A DNA stretch of 64,000 bases from an uncultured Actinomycetota bacterium (GTDB lineage Bacteria > Actinomycetota > CALGFH01), in assembly GCA_963733175.1 (NCBI GenBank), contig CAVTCL010000018.1, positions 39,859 through 103,858 on the forward strand, given 5' to 3'. Below, piece by piece: positions 9,816 through 20,935 of this stretch (position 1 is its first letter; every line of letters begins with the position of its first letter). Position numbers and translations under genes: made by a program. The notes below the pieces were generated by a model. It saw nothing but the letters and a program-made list of their open reading frames with translations. It was not told the origin of the DNA and did not search any database.

Positions 9816-10658
9816 CTAGCCGGTCGACCGCCGCTGCTGGACCACGAACCCGGCGGCCGCGGCCAGGCCGCCGCCGATCAGCAGGAACAGCGCGAACCTC
9901 CGACCGCCCGGGCTGGAGCTCGGGCTGGTCCCGCCGGCGCCGGTGGCGACCCCGCCGGCGGCGGACACCGCGGAGCCGGCGTCGCGGATGTCGAGCAGCT
10001 CGAGCTTCTGGCCGATGCCGCCCACCGCGACCAGCGACGAGATGGAGCCGCTGGGCAGCTGCACGTCGCTGGCCTTGGCCAGCACCTCGCCGCTGCCGGC
10101 CTTGCGGACCTCGACGTCGACCGAGCCCGCCGGGACCTCCTGGTAGTCGCTGGCCGACGGGAAGCGCGCGTTCGAGATGAGCACGTCGCCGTTGGTGACC
10201 AGGTCCGCCGCGCCCTCGCCGGGGATGGCCTGGATGAACCGCACCTTGCTCTTGCTGCTGGCGGGGCGCGACAGGTCGTCGGTCAGCAGGGCCGCCTTGA
10301 CGGAGGTGAGCTGCCCGTACACGGCGACGGTGTAGGCCTTGCCGGCCTCCAGGTCGACCGTGGCCGCGATCACCGGGGGCGAGTCGACCGGCTCACCGGC
10401 CTCGCGCACCTCGACCTTGAACTTCCCGGGCTTGACCTTGAGGTAGTCCGAGACGGTCTTGTACGGCACGCCCTTGAGCTGCAGCTTGCCGTCGACGTAG
10501 ACGACGTAGACGTCGCCCTTGAGCAGGCCCGGCGCGAAATGGGCGACCCGCACCAGCGCCTGGTCGTCCGGCTGGGCGCCGGAGGCGGCTCCGGGCATGG
10601 TGAGCAGGGCCGCGGTCATTGCGGCCAGGGCCGCGGCGGCCAGTCGTCGGCGAAACAT
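9816..10658 (-). CDS. DUF4397-domain secreted protein with a probable class F sortase sorting signal
   Basis: Signal peptide; VRVAHFAP and KVRFIQA repeats; GGVATGAGG followed by TM and basic tail (QQRRSTG). Confidence 0.85.
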   Translation of the reverse strand: MFRRRLAAAALAAMTAALLTMPGAASGAQPDDQALVRVAHFAPGLLKGDVYVVYVDGKLQLKGVPYKTVSDYLKVKPGKFKVEVREAGEPVDSPPVIAATVDLEAGKAYTVAVYGQLTSVKAALLTDDLSRPASSKSKVRFIQAIPGEGAADLVTNGDVLISNARFPSASDYQEVPAGSVDVEVRKAGSGEVLAKASDVQLPSGSISSLVAVGGIGQKLELLDIRDAGSAVSAAGGVATGAGGTSPSSSPGGRRFALFLLIGGGLAAAAGFVVQQRRSTG

Positions 10659-10959
10659 TCGCCCCTCCTCGTTGGTCGTTCGTCCGGGGGGACGCGAACG
10701 ACGACGAGTGGTGCGCCCCCCGCGATCCCGCCACGTATGCCGTCACGAGCCGATTCGGTCGTCATTATCGTCGCTGACCCCTCCTGCGAGCGCCCCCAAT
10801 TCTGCGTAGTTCGGATCAGAAGAGCAGGTGAACGGGGTAGTATTCGTTCACCCAATTCTCGTGATACCTGAGCCTCTGGTCACTTGTGCGAGGCTTGAGG
10901 TTTCTGGGCGACTTATTCCAACAGTTCATCGCCGCCCATCAGACGGCTACGCTTGCTCC

Positions 10960-12414
10960 ATGACTGACGTTGCCCCGCCGGTACGGCGCCGGCTGTCCGA
11001 CGACGCGATCGAGCATCTCCACAGCCTGATGGCGGGCTGGCAGCTCATCGCCGACCTCGCCTTCGCCGACCTGCTGCTGTTCCTGGCCGTCGAGGGCAGC
11101 GAGAGCTTCCGCATCGTCGGCCAGCTCCGGCCCTACACCGCCCGGACCCTCTACCCGGTCGACCTGGTCGGCGAGGTGGTCAAGCCGACCTGGCACCCGT
11201 ATGTGGAACGGGCCTGGCGGGAGGGCCGGCGCCAGCGCTCGCTGGAGCCGATCCTGATCGACGCCGAGCCGGTCCGGGTCGAGACCGTGCCCGTCCGCCA
11301 CCAGGGCGAGATCGTGGCCGTGCTCAGCGTCGAGTCCCCGGAGATCCCGGCCCGCCCCACGGGCCGGCTGGAGGCGTCCTACCTGGGCGCGGCCGAGGCG
11401 CTGCTGGAGATGGTGGCCACCGGCACCTTCCCGTTCGTGGAGGCCATCGACCCGACCGCCTCGCCCAGGGTCGGCGACGGCCTGGTCGTGCTCGACGCCA
11501 GCGGCCGGGTCGAGTTCGCCAGCCCCAACGCCACCTCGGCCTTCCGGCGCATGGGCACCAACGCCCTGCCGTTCGGCCAGCCGCTCCCCCACCGGGCCGC
11601 CATCCTGGTCGCCGAGGCCATGGCCGGCGGGCGGCCGGTCGAGTCCGAGATCGAGGCCGCCGGGGCGGTGACCGACGTCCGGGTGGTCCCGCTGCTGCGC
11701 GACACCGGGCGCCGCGGCGCCCTCGTGCTGGTCCGGGAGGCGACCGAGCTGCGCCGCCGCGACCGGGTCATCTCCCGGCGCGAGGCGACCATCCGCGAGG
11801 TCCACCACCGGGTCAAGAACAACCTCCAGACGGTCGCGTCCCTGCTGCGGCTCCAGGCCCGCCGGCTGGGGGACCACCCGCAGGCGGTGGCCGCCCTGGA
11901 GGACTCGGTCCGGCGGATCACCTCGATCGCCCTGGTCCACGAGACCCTGACCGAGGAGTTCGAGGGCGCGGTCGACATGGCCGACGTGGCCAGGCGGGTG
12001 GTCAGGATGCTGGAGGGCTCCCTTGGCCACGAGGACGCCCAGATCGAGCTGCACACCGCCTCGGTGCGGGTGGACGCGGCCGTGGCCACCCCGCTGGCGG
12101 TGGTCCTGAACGAGCTGGTCCAGAACGCGGTCGAGCACGGCCTGGGCGAGGGGCGCGGGAAGGTCACCGTCGAGCTGCGCGGCGGCGGCGACCAGCCGGT
12201 CGTCCTCGAGGTCCACGACGACGGGGCGGCGGGAGCGGGCTCAACCGGCCGTCGACAGCCCCGGGGCGGCCTCAGCTCCGGGGGTGGGCTCGGGTTGCGG
12301 CTGGTCAGGGCGCTGGTCGAGGAGGAGCTGAACGGCCAGTTCACGCTCTCCCATCCCGCCGGCCGGGGCAGCATCGCCACCGCCGTCATCCCCCCGGTCG
12401 AGCGGGCGGACTGA
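10960..12414 (+). CDS. pdtaS: PdtaS-like cytoplasmic sensor histidine kinase (N-terminal GAF-like, PAS, HisKA_2, HATPase)
   Basis: WQLIADLAFADLLL N-terminus, SPRVGDG, EVHHRVKNNLQTVASLLRLQ, NELVQNAVEHG, GLGL. TACGCT lies 6 nt before the ATG (leaderless-like). Confidence 0.88.
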   Translation: MTDVAPPVRRRLSDDAIEHLHSLMAGWQLIADLAFADLLLFLAVEGSESFRIVGQLRPYTARTLYPVDLVGEVVKPTWHPYVERAWREGRRQRSLEPILIDAEPVRVETVPVRHQGEIVAVLSVESPEIPARPTGRLEASYLGAAEALLEMVATGTFPFVEAIDPTASPRVGDGLVVLDASGRVEFASPNATSAFRRMGTNALPFGQPLPHRAAILVAEAMAGGRPVESEIEAAGAVTDVRVVPLLRDTGRRGALVLVREATELRRRDRVISRREATIREVHHRVKNNLQTVASLLRLQARRLGDHPQAVAALEDSVRRITSIALVHETLTEEFEGAVDMADVARRVVRMLEGSLGHEDAQIELHTASVRVDAAVATPLAVVLNELVQNAVEHGLGEGRGKVTVELRGGGDQPVVLEVHDDGAAGAGSTGRRQPRGGLSSGGGLGLRLVRALVEEELNGQFTLSHPAGRGSIATAVIPPVERAD

Positions 12415-12417
12415 CCC

Positions 12418-13470
12418 GTGGCCCCCGTCCAGGTGCTGATCGCCTCGCCGCTGGAGGCCGAGCTGGCGGCCAGGATCCAGGCGGCCGACCCGCGGGCCGA
12501 GGTGCTGTTCGAGCCTGATCTCCTCCCGCCGGCCCGCTACCCGGCCGACCACCGCGGCGACCCGGCGTTCCGGCGCGACGCCGACGGCGAGGCCCGCTGG
12601 CGGGCGCTGCTGGACCGGGCCGAGGTGCTGTTCGGCGTCCCCGGGGACTCGGCCGACGACCTGGCCGAGGTGGTCACCGGCCTGCCCAGGCTGCGCTGGG
12701 TCCACGCCACCAGCGCCGGGGCCGGTGAGCAGGTCCGGCGGGCCGGCCTGCCGGCCGAGGCCCTGGAGCGGGTCGCCGTCACCACCTCCAGCGGCGTCCA
12801 TGCGGTCCCGCTGGCCGAGTTCGCCATCTTCGGGCTGCTGGCCATGGCCAAGGACCTGCCGAGACTCGTCGAGGACCAGCGGGCCAGGGCCTGGCCCGAG
12901 GTCCGCCAGCCCTTCCGCGAGCTGTCCGGGCAGACCCTGTTCCTGGTCGGCCTGGGCGAGATCGGGCGCGAGGTGGCCCGGCTGGGCAAGGCGCTCGGCA
13001 TGCGCACGGTCGGGTTCCGGCGCACCGAGGGCCCGCCGCCCGAATGGGTCGACGAGGTCCACGGCCCCCGGCGCCTGGCCGAGCTGGCCGGCCGGGCCGA
13101 CGCCATGGTGGTCAGCCTCCCGTTGACCGACCAGACGGCCGGGCTGATCGACCGGGCCACCATCGAGCGCCTGCCCCCGGACTGCATCTTCGTCAACGTC
13201 GGCCGGGGTGGGGTGGTCGACGAGCCGGCCCTGGTCGACGCCCTCCGCGACCGGCGCATCGCCGGCGCGGTCCTCGACGTGTTCGCCACCGAGCCCCTGC
13301 CCGCCGACTCGCCCCTCTGGACCCTGCCCAACGTGCTCGTCACCCCGCACGCGGCCGCCCTCTCGGCCCGCGAGAACGAGCGCATCACCGAGCTGTTCGT
13401 GGACAACCTGCGCCGCTACCTCGACGGCCTACCGCTCCGCAACGTGGTCAAGCCGGGCGTCTTCTACTGA
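12418..13470 (+). CDS. D-isomer-specific 2-hydroxyacid dehydrogenase
   Basis: VGLGEIG Rossmann motif, FVNVGRGGVVDE, LDVFATEPL, TPHAA. Confidence 0.9.
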   Translation: MAPVQVLIASPLEAELAARIQAADPRAEVLFEPDLLPPARYPADHRGDPAFRRDADGEARWRALLDRAEVLFGVPGDSADDLAEVVTGLPRLRWVHATSAGAGEQVRRAGLPAEALERVAVTTSSGVHAVPLAEFAIFGLLAMAKDLPRLVEDQRARAWPEVRQPFRELSGQTLFLVGLGEIGREVARLGKALGMRTVGFRRTEGPPPEWVDEVHGPRRLAELAGRADAMVVSLPLTDQTAGLIDRATIERLPPDCIFVNVGRGGVVDEPALVDALRDRRIAGAVLDVFATEPLPADSPLWTLPNVLVTPHAAALSARENERITELFVDNLRRYLDGLPLRNVVKPGVFY

Positions 13471-15304
13471 CGACTGCGGGGGCCTCCGCCCGCATCCCCG
13501 AACCGGACCGATCAGGCCTCGGCTCGGCGCCGTCCGGCACATGACGGGCAGCAAACCGCAGCAGCACCTCCATCTGGCGGATGCGCTCGTTGACGACCAG
13601 GGCGCCGTGGCCGGCGTCGAAGCGGTCGAGCTCGAACGGCTTGCCCAGCTCGGTCAGGCGCTCGGCGTAGTTGAGCACCTGCTGGAGGGGGCAGCGGGTG
13701 TCGTTGTCGCCCACCATCAGCAGCACCGGGGTCTCGACCTTGTCCACGTGGGTGATGGGCGAGCGCTCGACGTACAGGTCGTGCTTGTCCTCGGGGCCGC
13801 CGCCGAACAGGCTGCGGTCGAAGGCCTGCAGGGCCTCGGACTCGTCGGCGTAGGCCGACAGGTAGTCGGCCACCGGGACCACGGCCATGGCCGCCCGCCA
13901 TCCCTCGGGGACGGTGCCGATCGCCTGCAGGGTCACGTACCCGCCCCAGGAGGCGCCGCTGATCACCACCTGGTCGGGGTCGGCCAGGCCGCGGGCGACC
14001 AGGTCGTCCCGGCCGGAGACGACGTCCTCGATCTCGGGGCGTCCGGGGTCGCCCTCGAGCACGTCCTGCCAGGCCTTGCCGTAGCCGGTGGAGCCGCGGT
14101 AGTTGACCAGCCCGACCGCGTAGCCGTGGTCGACGAACGCCTGCACCTCGGGGTCCCAGCTGTCGGCGTCGTGGTGGTGGGGGCCGCCGTGGACGATCAG
14201 GACCGTCGGGTGCGGTCCCGCGCCCGGCGGCACGGCCAGGAACCCGTGGACCTGGTCGCCCTGGGGGTTGGGGAACGTCCAGCTCTCGTAGGCGACGCCG
14301 GAGGGGGCGCGCGGCCCTGGCGGGCGCAGCACGGCCTCGCCGGCGCCGACGGCCCGGACCTCGGGCGCGGCCGCCCCCGAGGAGAGCCGGTACCAGACCG
14401 CCCCGTCGGGCCGCACCCCGGCCCGCTGGATGGAGCCGGCCGGGTGGTCGAGCCGTTCCAGGGCGCCGCTGCGCAGGTCGAGGCGGTACAGCTCGTCGCG
14501 GCCCATGTAGGTGTGGACCAGCAGCAGCGACCCGGCGTCGGGCCACCAGTCGGCCACGTCGACCTCGCCGGGCAGCTCCAGCTCGAGGTCGACCCGCTCG
14601 CCGCCGGCCGGGTCCCAGATGGCCGGGCGCAGCCGCCCGGTCCGGTCGGCGAGCACGACCAGGCGCCCGTCGCCGGCCAGGGGGGAGAACCCGGCCGAGG
14701 CCACGAACAGGCCGAAGCCCTCCCCGTCCCAGAGGTCGGCCACCGGGGCCATGCCCTCCAGCTCGAACGCGCGCAGGGCCGGGTGCAGGTTGTCGCCGTG
14801 CTCGGCGTGGTGGACGACCAGCAGGCGGCCGTCGCGGCTGAGGCCGCCGACGTCGACCATCTCCTGGTGGCGGTAGAGCTCCTCGCTGGTCCCGCCGACC
14901 TCGCCGACCCGGACCGAGAAGCCGTCCCGGCCGGCCAGGCCCACCGCGACCAGTCCCTTGGGGCCGAGGGCGAGCCCGGCGCTCCAGGCCGGCTCGGCGT
15001 CGGTCACCAGCGGGGCCGCCTGGCCGCCCTCGAACGGCTGCTGGAGCCAGCGGCCGACCTCGTCGCCCTTGGAGTCCTCGAACCAGACCACCCGGGCGCC
15101 GTCGGGGGTCAGGCCGCCCGCGACCACGCCGGTCGGGTGGTCCGACACCTGGCGGTGGCGGTCGGCCGCCCGGTCCCAGGCGTGGACCTGCCAGGAGCCG
15201 GAGAGGTTGGAGACGTAGACGAGGTGGTCCGGGTCGTCGGGTGCCCACCGCGGCAGGGTCAGCGAGGGGGCGCGGTAACGCTGCTTCCAGCGAGGCTCGG
15301 TCAT
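13448..15304 (-). CDS. S9 family (prolyl oligopeptidase/acylaminoacyl) peptidase
   Basis: VHGGP, NYRGSTGYG, GASWGG (Ser), NDTRCP (Asp), AGHG (His). The exact 3' end is uncertain. Confidence 0.9.
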   Translation of the reverse strand: MTEPRWKQRYRAPSLTLPRWAPDDPDHLVYVSNLSGSWQVHAWDRAADRHRQVSDHPTGVVAGGLTPDGARVVWFEDSKGDEVGRWLQQPFEGGQAAPLVTDAEPAWSAGLALGPKGLVAVGLAGRDGFSVRVGEVGGTSEELYRHQEMVDVGGLSRDGRLLVVHHAEHGDNLHPALRAFELEGMAPVADLWDGEGFGLFVASAGFSPLAGDGRLVVLADRTGRLRPAIWDPAGGERVDLELELPGEVDVADWWPDAGSLLLVHTYMGRDELYRLDLRSGALERLDHPAGSIQRAGVRPDGAVWYRLSSGAAAPEVRAVGAGEAVLRPPGPRAPSGVAYESWTFPNPQGDQVHGFLAVPPGAGPHPTVLIVHGGPHHHDADSWDPEVQAFVDHGYAVGLVNYRGSTGYGKAWQDVLEGDPGRPEIEDVVSGRDDLVARGLADPDQVVISGASWGGYVTLQAIGTVPEGWRAAMAVVPVADYLSAYADESEALQAFDRSLFGGGPEDKHDLYVERSPITHVDKVETPVLLMVGDNDTRCPLQQVLNYAERLTELGKPFELDRFDAGHGALVVNERIRQMEVLLRFAARHVPDGAEPRPDRSGSGMRAEAPAVVSRRRPA

Positions 15305-15319
15305 GGGAGCATCGTACGC

Positions 15320-16192
15320 ATGGGACCAGGACAGAGCATCCTGATCACCGGCGCCAGCTCGGGCATCGGCCGGGAGGCGGCCATGCGCCTGGTCCGGGCC
15401 GGGCACCTGGTCCTGGCCGGGGGGCGGCGGCCCGACGCCCTGGCCGGCCTGGCCCGCGCGGCCGGGGACCGGCTGGAGCCGGTGGTGCTGGACGTGACCG
15501 ACCCGGCCTCGGTCGAGGCCGCCAGGGAGCTGGTCGAGCGCCGCACCGGCGGCCGCGGCCTCGACGTGCTGGTCAACAACGCCGGCTACGCCCTCCCGGG
15601 GCCGCTGGAGGCGCTGGCCGATGCGGACCTGCGCCGGCTGTTCGACACCAACGTGTTCGGGCTGCTGGCGGTGACCAGGGCGTTCGTGCCCGCGATGCGC
15701 GAGCGGGGCGCGGGCCGGGTGGTCAACGTCGGCAGCATCATGGGCCGGGTCGCCATGCCCCTGCTGGGCGCCTACAACGCCAGCAAGCACGCCGTGGCCG
15801 CCGCCACCGACGCCCTGCGCATGGAGCTGGCCCCGTTCGGGGTCACCGTGGTCCTGGTCGAGCCGGGCGCCATCCGGACCGGCTTCGCGGCCAGGGCCCT
15901 GGCCGCCCTCGCCCCCTACCGCGACCCCGGCTCGCCGTACGCGGCCGCCCTGGCCGGCACCGACGCCGCCTGGGCCCGCGTCTACCGCTTCGCCCCCGGC
16001 CCGGCCGCCGCCGGCCGCGCCGTGGCCCGCGCCGCCACCGCCGCCCGCCCCGCCCCCCGCTACGTCGTCCCCGCCCGCAACCGCCTGGTCGTGGCCGCCC
16101 TCACGGCCCTCCCCACCCCCGCCGCCGACGCCGCCAAACGCCGGGTCATGGGCCTCCCGGGTCGCCCGCGGCTCAGGCGTCCAGGGGGGTGA
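15320..16192 (+). CDS. Short-chain dehydrogenase/reductase
   Basis: ITGASSGIG, LVNNAG, YNASK, VEPG. Confidence 0.92.
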   Translation: MGPGQSILITGASSGIGREAAMRLVRAGHLVLAGGRRPDALAGLARAAGDRLEPVVLDVTDPASVEAARELVERRTGGRGLDVLVNNAGYALPGPLEALADADLRRLFDTNVFGLLAVTRAFVPAMRERGAGRVVNVGSIMGRVAMPLLGAYNASKHAVAAATDALRMELAPFGVTVVLVEPGAIRTGFAARALAALAPYRDPGSPYAAALAGTDAAWARVYRFAPGPAAAGRAVARAATAARPAPRYVVPARNRLVVAALTALPTPAADAAKRRVMGLPGRPRLRRPGG

Positions 16193-16260
16193 CGCGGAGG
16201 TGACCACCTCCCGCGTCGGCGAGCTCCTCGGCCACGACCGCCGCTGGCAGTAGGGTTCCG

Positions 16261-16288
16261 GGGAACCCATCCGGCGGCCGTGGTGTAT
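16261..16288 (+). promoter_or_regulatory. Possible ECF-type autoregulatory promoter
   Basis: GGGAAC-16 bp-GTGTA about 20 nt upstream of the ECF sigma start. Confidence 0.4.
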
Positions 16289-16308
16289 GAGGGGGCGAGA
16301 CCGAGTCC

Positions 16309-16911
16309 GTGGAGGGCCGACCACTGGACGAACAGGAACTCGTCGAGCAGGCACGAGGGGGCGATGCGCGCGCCTATGCGGTGCTGGTCCGGAGGTACCA
16401 GGACCTCGCCTTCCGGACGGCGTTCGTGATCGCTGGCGGGTCGGCCGACGCCGAGGACGCCGCCCAGGAGGGGTTCGTGAAGGCCTGGTACGCGCTGCCG
16501 CGGTTCAGGGCCGGGTCGCCGTTCCGGCCGTGGCTGCTGGCGATCGTGGCCAACGAGGCCCGCAACCGCCGCCGGAGCGGCCGGCGCCGGGACGACCTGG
16601 CCCTGCGGGTCGCCGAGGACCGCCCCTCGGGGGACGCGGCCCCGTCCCCCGAGGCGGCGGCGCTCGCCGGCGAGCAGCGCAAGCTGCTGCTGGACGCCGT
16701 CGGCCGGCTGGGCGAGAACGACCGCCAGGTGATCGCCTGCCGCTACTTCCTGGAGCTGTCCGAGGCCGAGATGGCCGCCGCCCTCGGCTGCCGGCCGGGC
16801 ACGGTGAAGTCGCGGCTGTCGCGGGCCCTGGACCGCCTGCGGGCCGCCATGGCCGAGCCGGGACCGCTGGCCGCCGCCCCCGACGCCAGGCTGCAGGGAG
16901 GTGACCGATGA
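16309..16911 (+). CDS. ECF RNA polymerase sigma-70 factor
   Basis: AEDAAQEGF, FRPWLLAI (region 2), GTVKSRLSRA (region 4). Confidence 0.92.
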   Translation: MEGRPLDEQELVEQARGGDARAYAVLVRRYQDLAFRTAFVIAGGSADAEDAAQEGFVKAWYALPRFRAGSPFRPWLLAIVANEARNRRRSGRRRDDLALRVAEDRPSGDAAPSPEAAALAGEQRKLLLDAVGRLGENDRQVIACRYFLELSEAEMAAALGCRPGTVKSRLSRALDRLRAAMAEPGPLAAAPDARLQGGDR

Positions 16912-17744
16912 GCCAGCGCGAGCTCGACCTGGAACGGGCCCTGACCGACCTGGCCGCCGCCCTCGAGTTCCCGCCCACCCCCGACCTGGCCGCCGCGGTC
17001 ACGGCCCGGCTGGGCGAGGCCCCGGCCGCGGCGCCCGCGCCGCCCAGCTCCGGCGGCCCGGGCCCGGCGGTGGCTGGCCGGCCTGGCCGGCTGGCGGCGG
17101 CTGGCCGCGGCCGGGCTGGCCGCGGTCCTGCTGGCCGCGGCCGTGCTGGTGGCCTCGCCGGGGACCCGCGAGGCGGTGGCCAGGCGGCTCGGGCTGCGCG
17201 GCATCGGCGTCGAGCTCGGCGGGCCGCCACCGCCGACCGTGACCACGACCCCGGGCGGGCGCCTGGAGCTGGGGCTGGGCGACCGGGTCACCCTGGAGGA
17301 GGCCCGCCGCCGGGTCGACTGGCCGGTCCTGGTCCCGCCGCCGCCGGGCTCGGGCAGCCGGACGCCGTGTACGTCAACGAGGCCGTGCCCTCCGGCGGCC
17401 GGGTGGACCTCGTCTACCGGTCCCGCCCGGGCCTGCCCGCCTCCCCCTTCACCGACGTCGGCCTGCTGATCACCGAGTTCCAGGGCCAGCCCACCCCCGA
17501 GTTCCTCAAGAAGGTCACCGCCATGGGCGTGGTCGAGGAGGTCACGGTCGGGGGCGAGCCCGGCTACTGGTTCAGCGGCGAGCCGCACTTCTTCACCTAC
17601 CAGGACGCCGCCGGCACCCTCCGGGAGGAGCAGACCCGCCTGGCCGGCAACACCCTGATCTGGCAGCGAGGCGACCTGACCCTGCGCCTGGAGGGCGAGC
17701 TCCCCAAGGAGGAGGCCATCCGCATCGCCGAGTCGATGCGCTGA
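16908..17744 (+). CDS. Putative membrane-anchored anti-sigma factor (frameshifted)
   Basis: ATGA-coupled to the sigma gene. LERALTDLA..LEFPPTPDLA N-terminus; TM helix in an alternate frame (~17100-17160); C-terminus GNTLIWQRGDLTLRLEG. Confidence 0.6.
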   Translation: MSQRELDLERALTDLAAALEFPPTPDLAAAVTARLGEAPAAAPAPPSSGGPGPAVAGRPGRLAAAGRGRAGRGPAGRGRAGGLAGDPRGGGQAARAARHRRRARRAATADRDHDPGRAPGAGAGRPGHPGGGPPPGRLAGPGPAAAGLGQPDAVYVNEAVPSGGRVDLVYRSRPGLPASPFTDVGLLITEFQGQPTPEFLKKVTAMGVVEEVTVGGEPGYWFSGEPHFFTYQDAAGTLREEQTRLAGNTLIWQRGDLTLRLEGELPKEEAIRIAESMR

Positions 17745-17770
17745 CCGCCAGGTTCCGGCCGCCGGCCGGG

Positions 17771-19216
<1,446 letters not shown>

Positions 19217-19220
<4 letters not shown>

Positions 19221-20426
19221 CCATCCCGGTGGACCCTGGCCCAGGTGCGGGCGGGCAGGCCCCACAGGGCCACGAACCCGCGGCCGGCGTCGTGGTCGAA
19301 GGCGTCGCCGCTCTCGTAGGTGGCCAGGTCGGGCCGGTACAGGGCCCGCTCGGCCCGCCGGCCGGTCGGCTGGCAGCGCCCTGGCGACAGCTCGAGGCGG
19401 ACCTCGCCGGTGACCGCCGCCTGGGTCTCGGCCACGAACGCGTCGAGGGCCGCCTTGAGGGGCGAGAACCACAGGCCGTCGTAGACCAGCTCGGCGTAGC
19501 GGATGTCCAGGCGGGCCTTCTCGTGGAGCACGTCGCGGTCCAGGGTCAGGTCCTCGAGGTCCCGGTGGGCGGCGATCACCGCCAGCGCGCCCGGCACCTC
19601 GTAGACCTCGCGGCTCTTGATGCCGACCCGCCGGTTCTCCATCATGTCGACCCGGCCGAAGCCGGCCTCGCCCCCGGCCCGGTTGAGCGCCGCCACCACC
19701 CCGGCCAGCCCGACCTCGTCGCCGTCGACGGCCGCCGGCACCCCGGCCTCGAACCCGACCACGATCTCGCGGGTGCCGCTGGCCGTGGCCGGCGAGACCG
19801 TCCACTCGAAGGCGTCGGACGGGCGGGGCCTGCCAGGGGTCCTCGAGCACCCCGGCCTCGATGGTCCGGCCCCACAGGTTCTGGTCGACCGAGTACGGCT
19901 TGTCCCCGGTGATCCCGCCAAGGTCGAGGCCGTGCTTGTCGGCGTAGGAGATCGCCTCGGGCCGGCTCATGGCCGAGTCCCTGACCGGGGCCAGGATCTC
20001 CAGCTCGGGGGCCAGGGCGCCGCAGCTCACCTCGAAGCGGACCTGGTCGTTGCCCTTGCCGGTGCAGCCGTGGGCCACCGCGCCGGCCCCCCGGCGACGC
20101 GCCTCCTCGACCAGCAGCTGGGCGATCAGCGGCCGCGACAGGGCCGACACCAGCGGGTAGCGGCCCTCGTAGAGGGCGTTGGCCCGGACCGCCGGGACCA
20201 GGAAGTCGGCCGCGAAGCGGTCCCTGGCGTCCACCACAACGGCGTCGGCCGCCCCCGCGGCCAGGGCCCGCTGGGCCAGGGCCGGCAGGTCCTCGCCCTG
20301 CCCGACGTCGGCCAGCAGCGCCACCACGGCGCGACCCTGCTCGTGGACCATCCGGTGGACGGTCACGGTCGTGTCCAGCCCGCCCGAGTAGGCGAGCACG
20401 ACAAGGTCGGCGGTGGGTGGGGTCAT
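19217..20426 (-). CDS. argG: Argininosuccinate synthase (one frameshift near 19820)
   Basis: LAYSGGLDT, YPLVSALSRP, HGCTGKGNDQVRFE, GRVDMMENRRVGIKSREVYE. Confidence 0.95.
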
Positions 20427-20935
20427 GCGGTCGCTCCTCGGTAGGGTTCGGCGATGGCAGGAGCTCTGCGGGGGTCACGGCGAGGGACGGCGAGCTGGCG
20501 GGCCATGACCCGTCCGGGGGTCCGCTCGGTGCAGACGACCAGGACGGTGTCGTCCCCGGCGACGGTGCCGGCGACCCCGGCCACGCCGGCCCGGTCGAGG
20601 GTCGAGGCGAGCGCGCCCGCGTGGCCGGGCGGGGTGCGGAGCACGACCAGGTTGCCGCTGGGCACGATGGCCAGCAGCGACGCCCCGAGCATGCGGCGGA
20701 CCTCGTCGTGGTCGGCGCCGAGGCCGTTGTCCGGCTCGGGCAGGGCGTAGACGAGCCGGCCGTCCGGCCCCCGGACCTTGACCGCGCCCAGGTCGTCGAG
20801 GTCGCGGGAGATGGTGGCCTGGGTGGCGTCGAAGCCCTGGGCCCGCAGGTGCTCGAGGACCAGGGCCTGGCTGGACACCTGCCTGGTCCGCAGCAGGGCG
20901 GCCAGGGCCCGCTGGCGGGCCGCCTTCAGCGACAC
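20423..20935 (-). CDS. argR: Arginine repressor
   Basis: TQATISRDLDDLGAVK, LRTPPG, GTVAGDDTVLV. Confidence 0.95.
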   Translation of the reverse strand: MSLKAARQRALAALLRTRQVSSQALVLEHLRAQGFDATQATISRDLDDLGAVKVRGPDGRLVYALPEPDNGLGADHDEVRRMLGASLLAIVPSGNLVVLRTPPGHAGALASTLDRAGVAGVAGTVAGDDTVLVVCTERTPGRVMARQLAVPRRDPRRAPAIAEPYRGATA

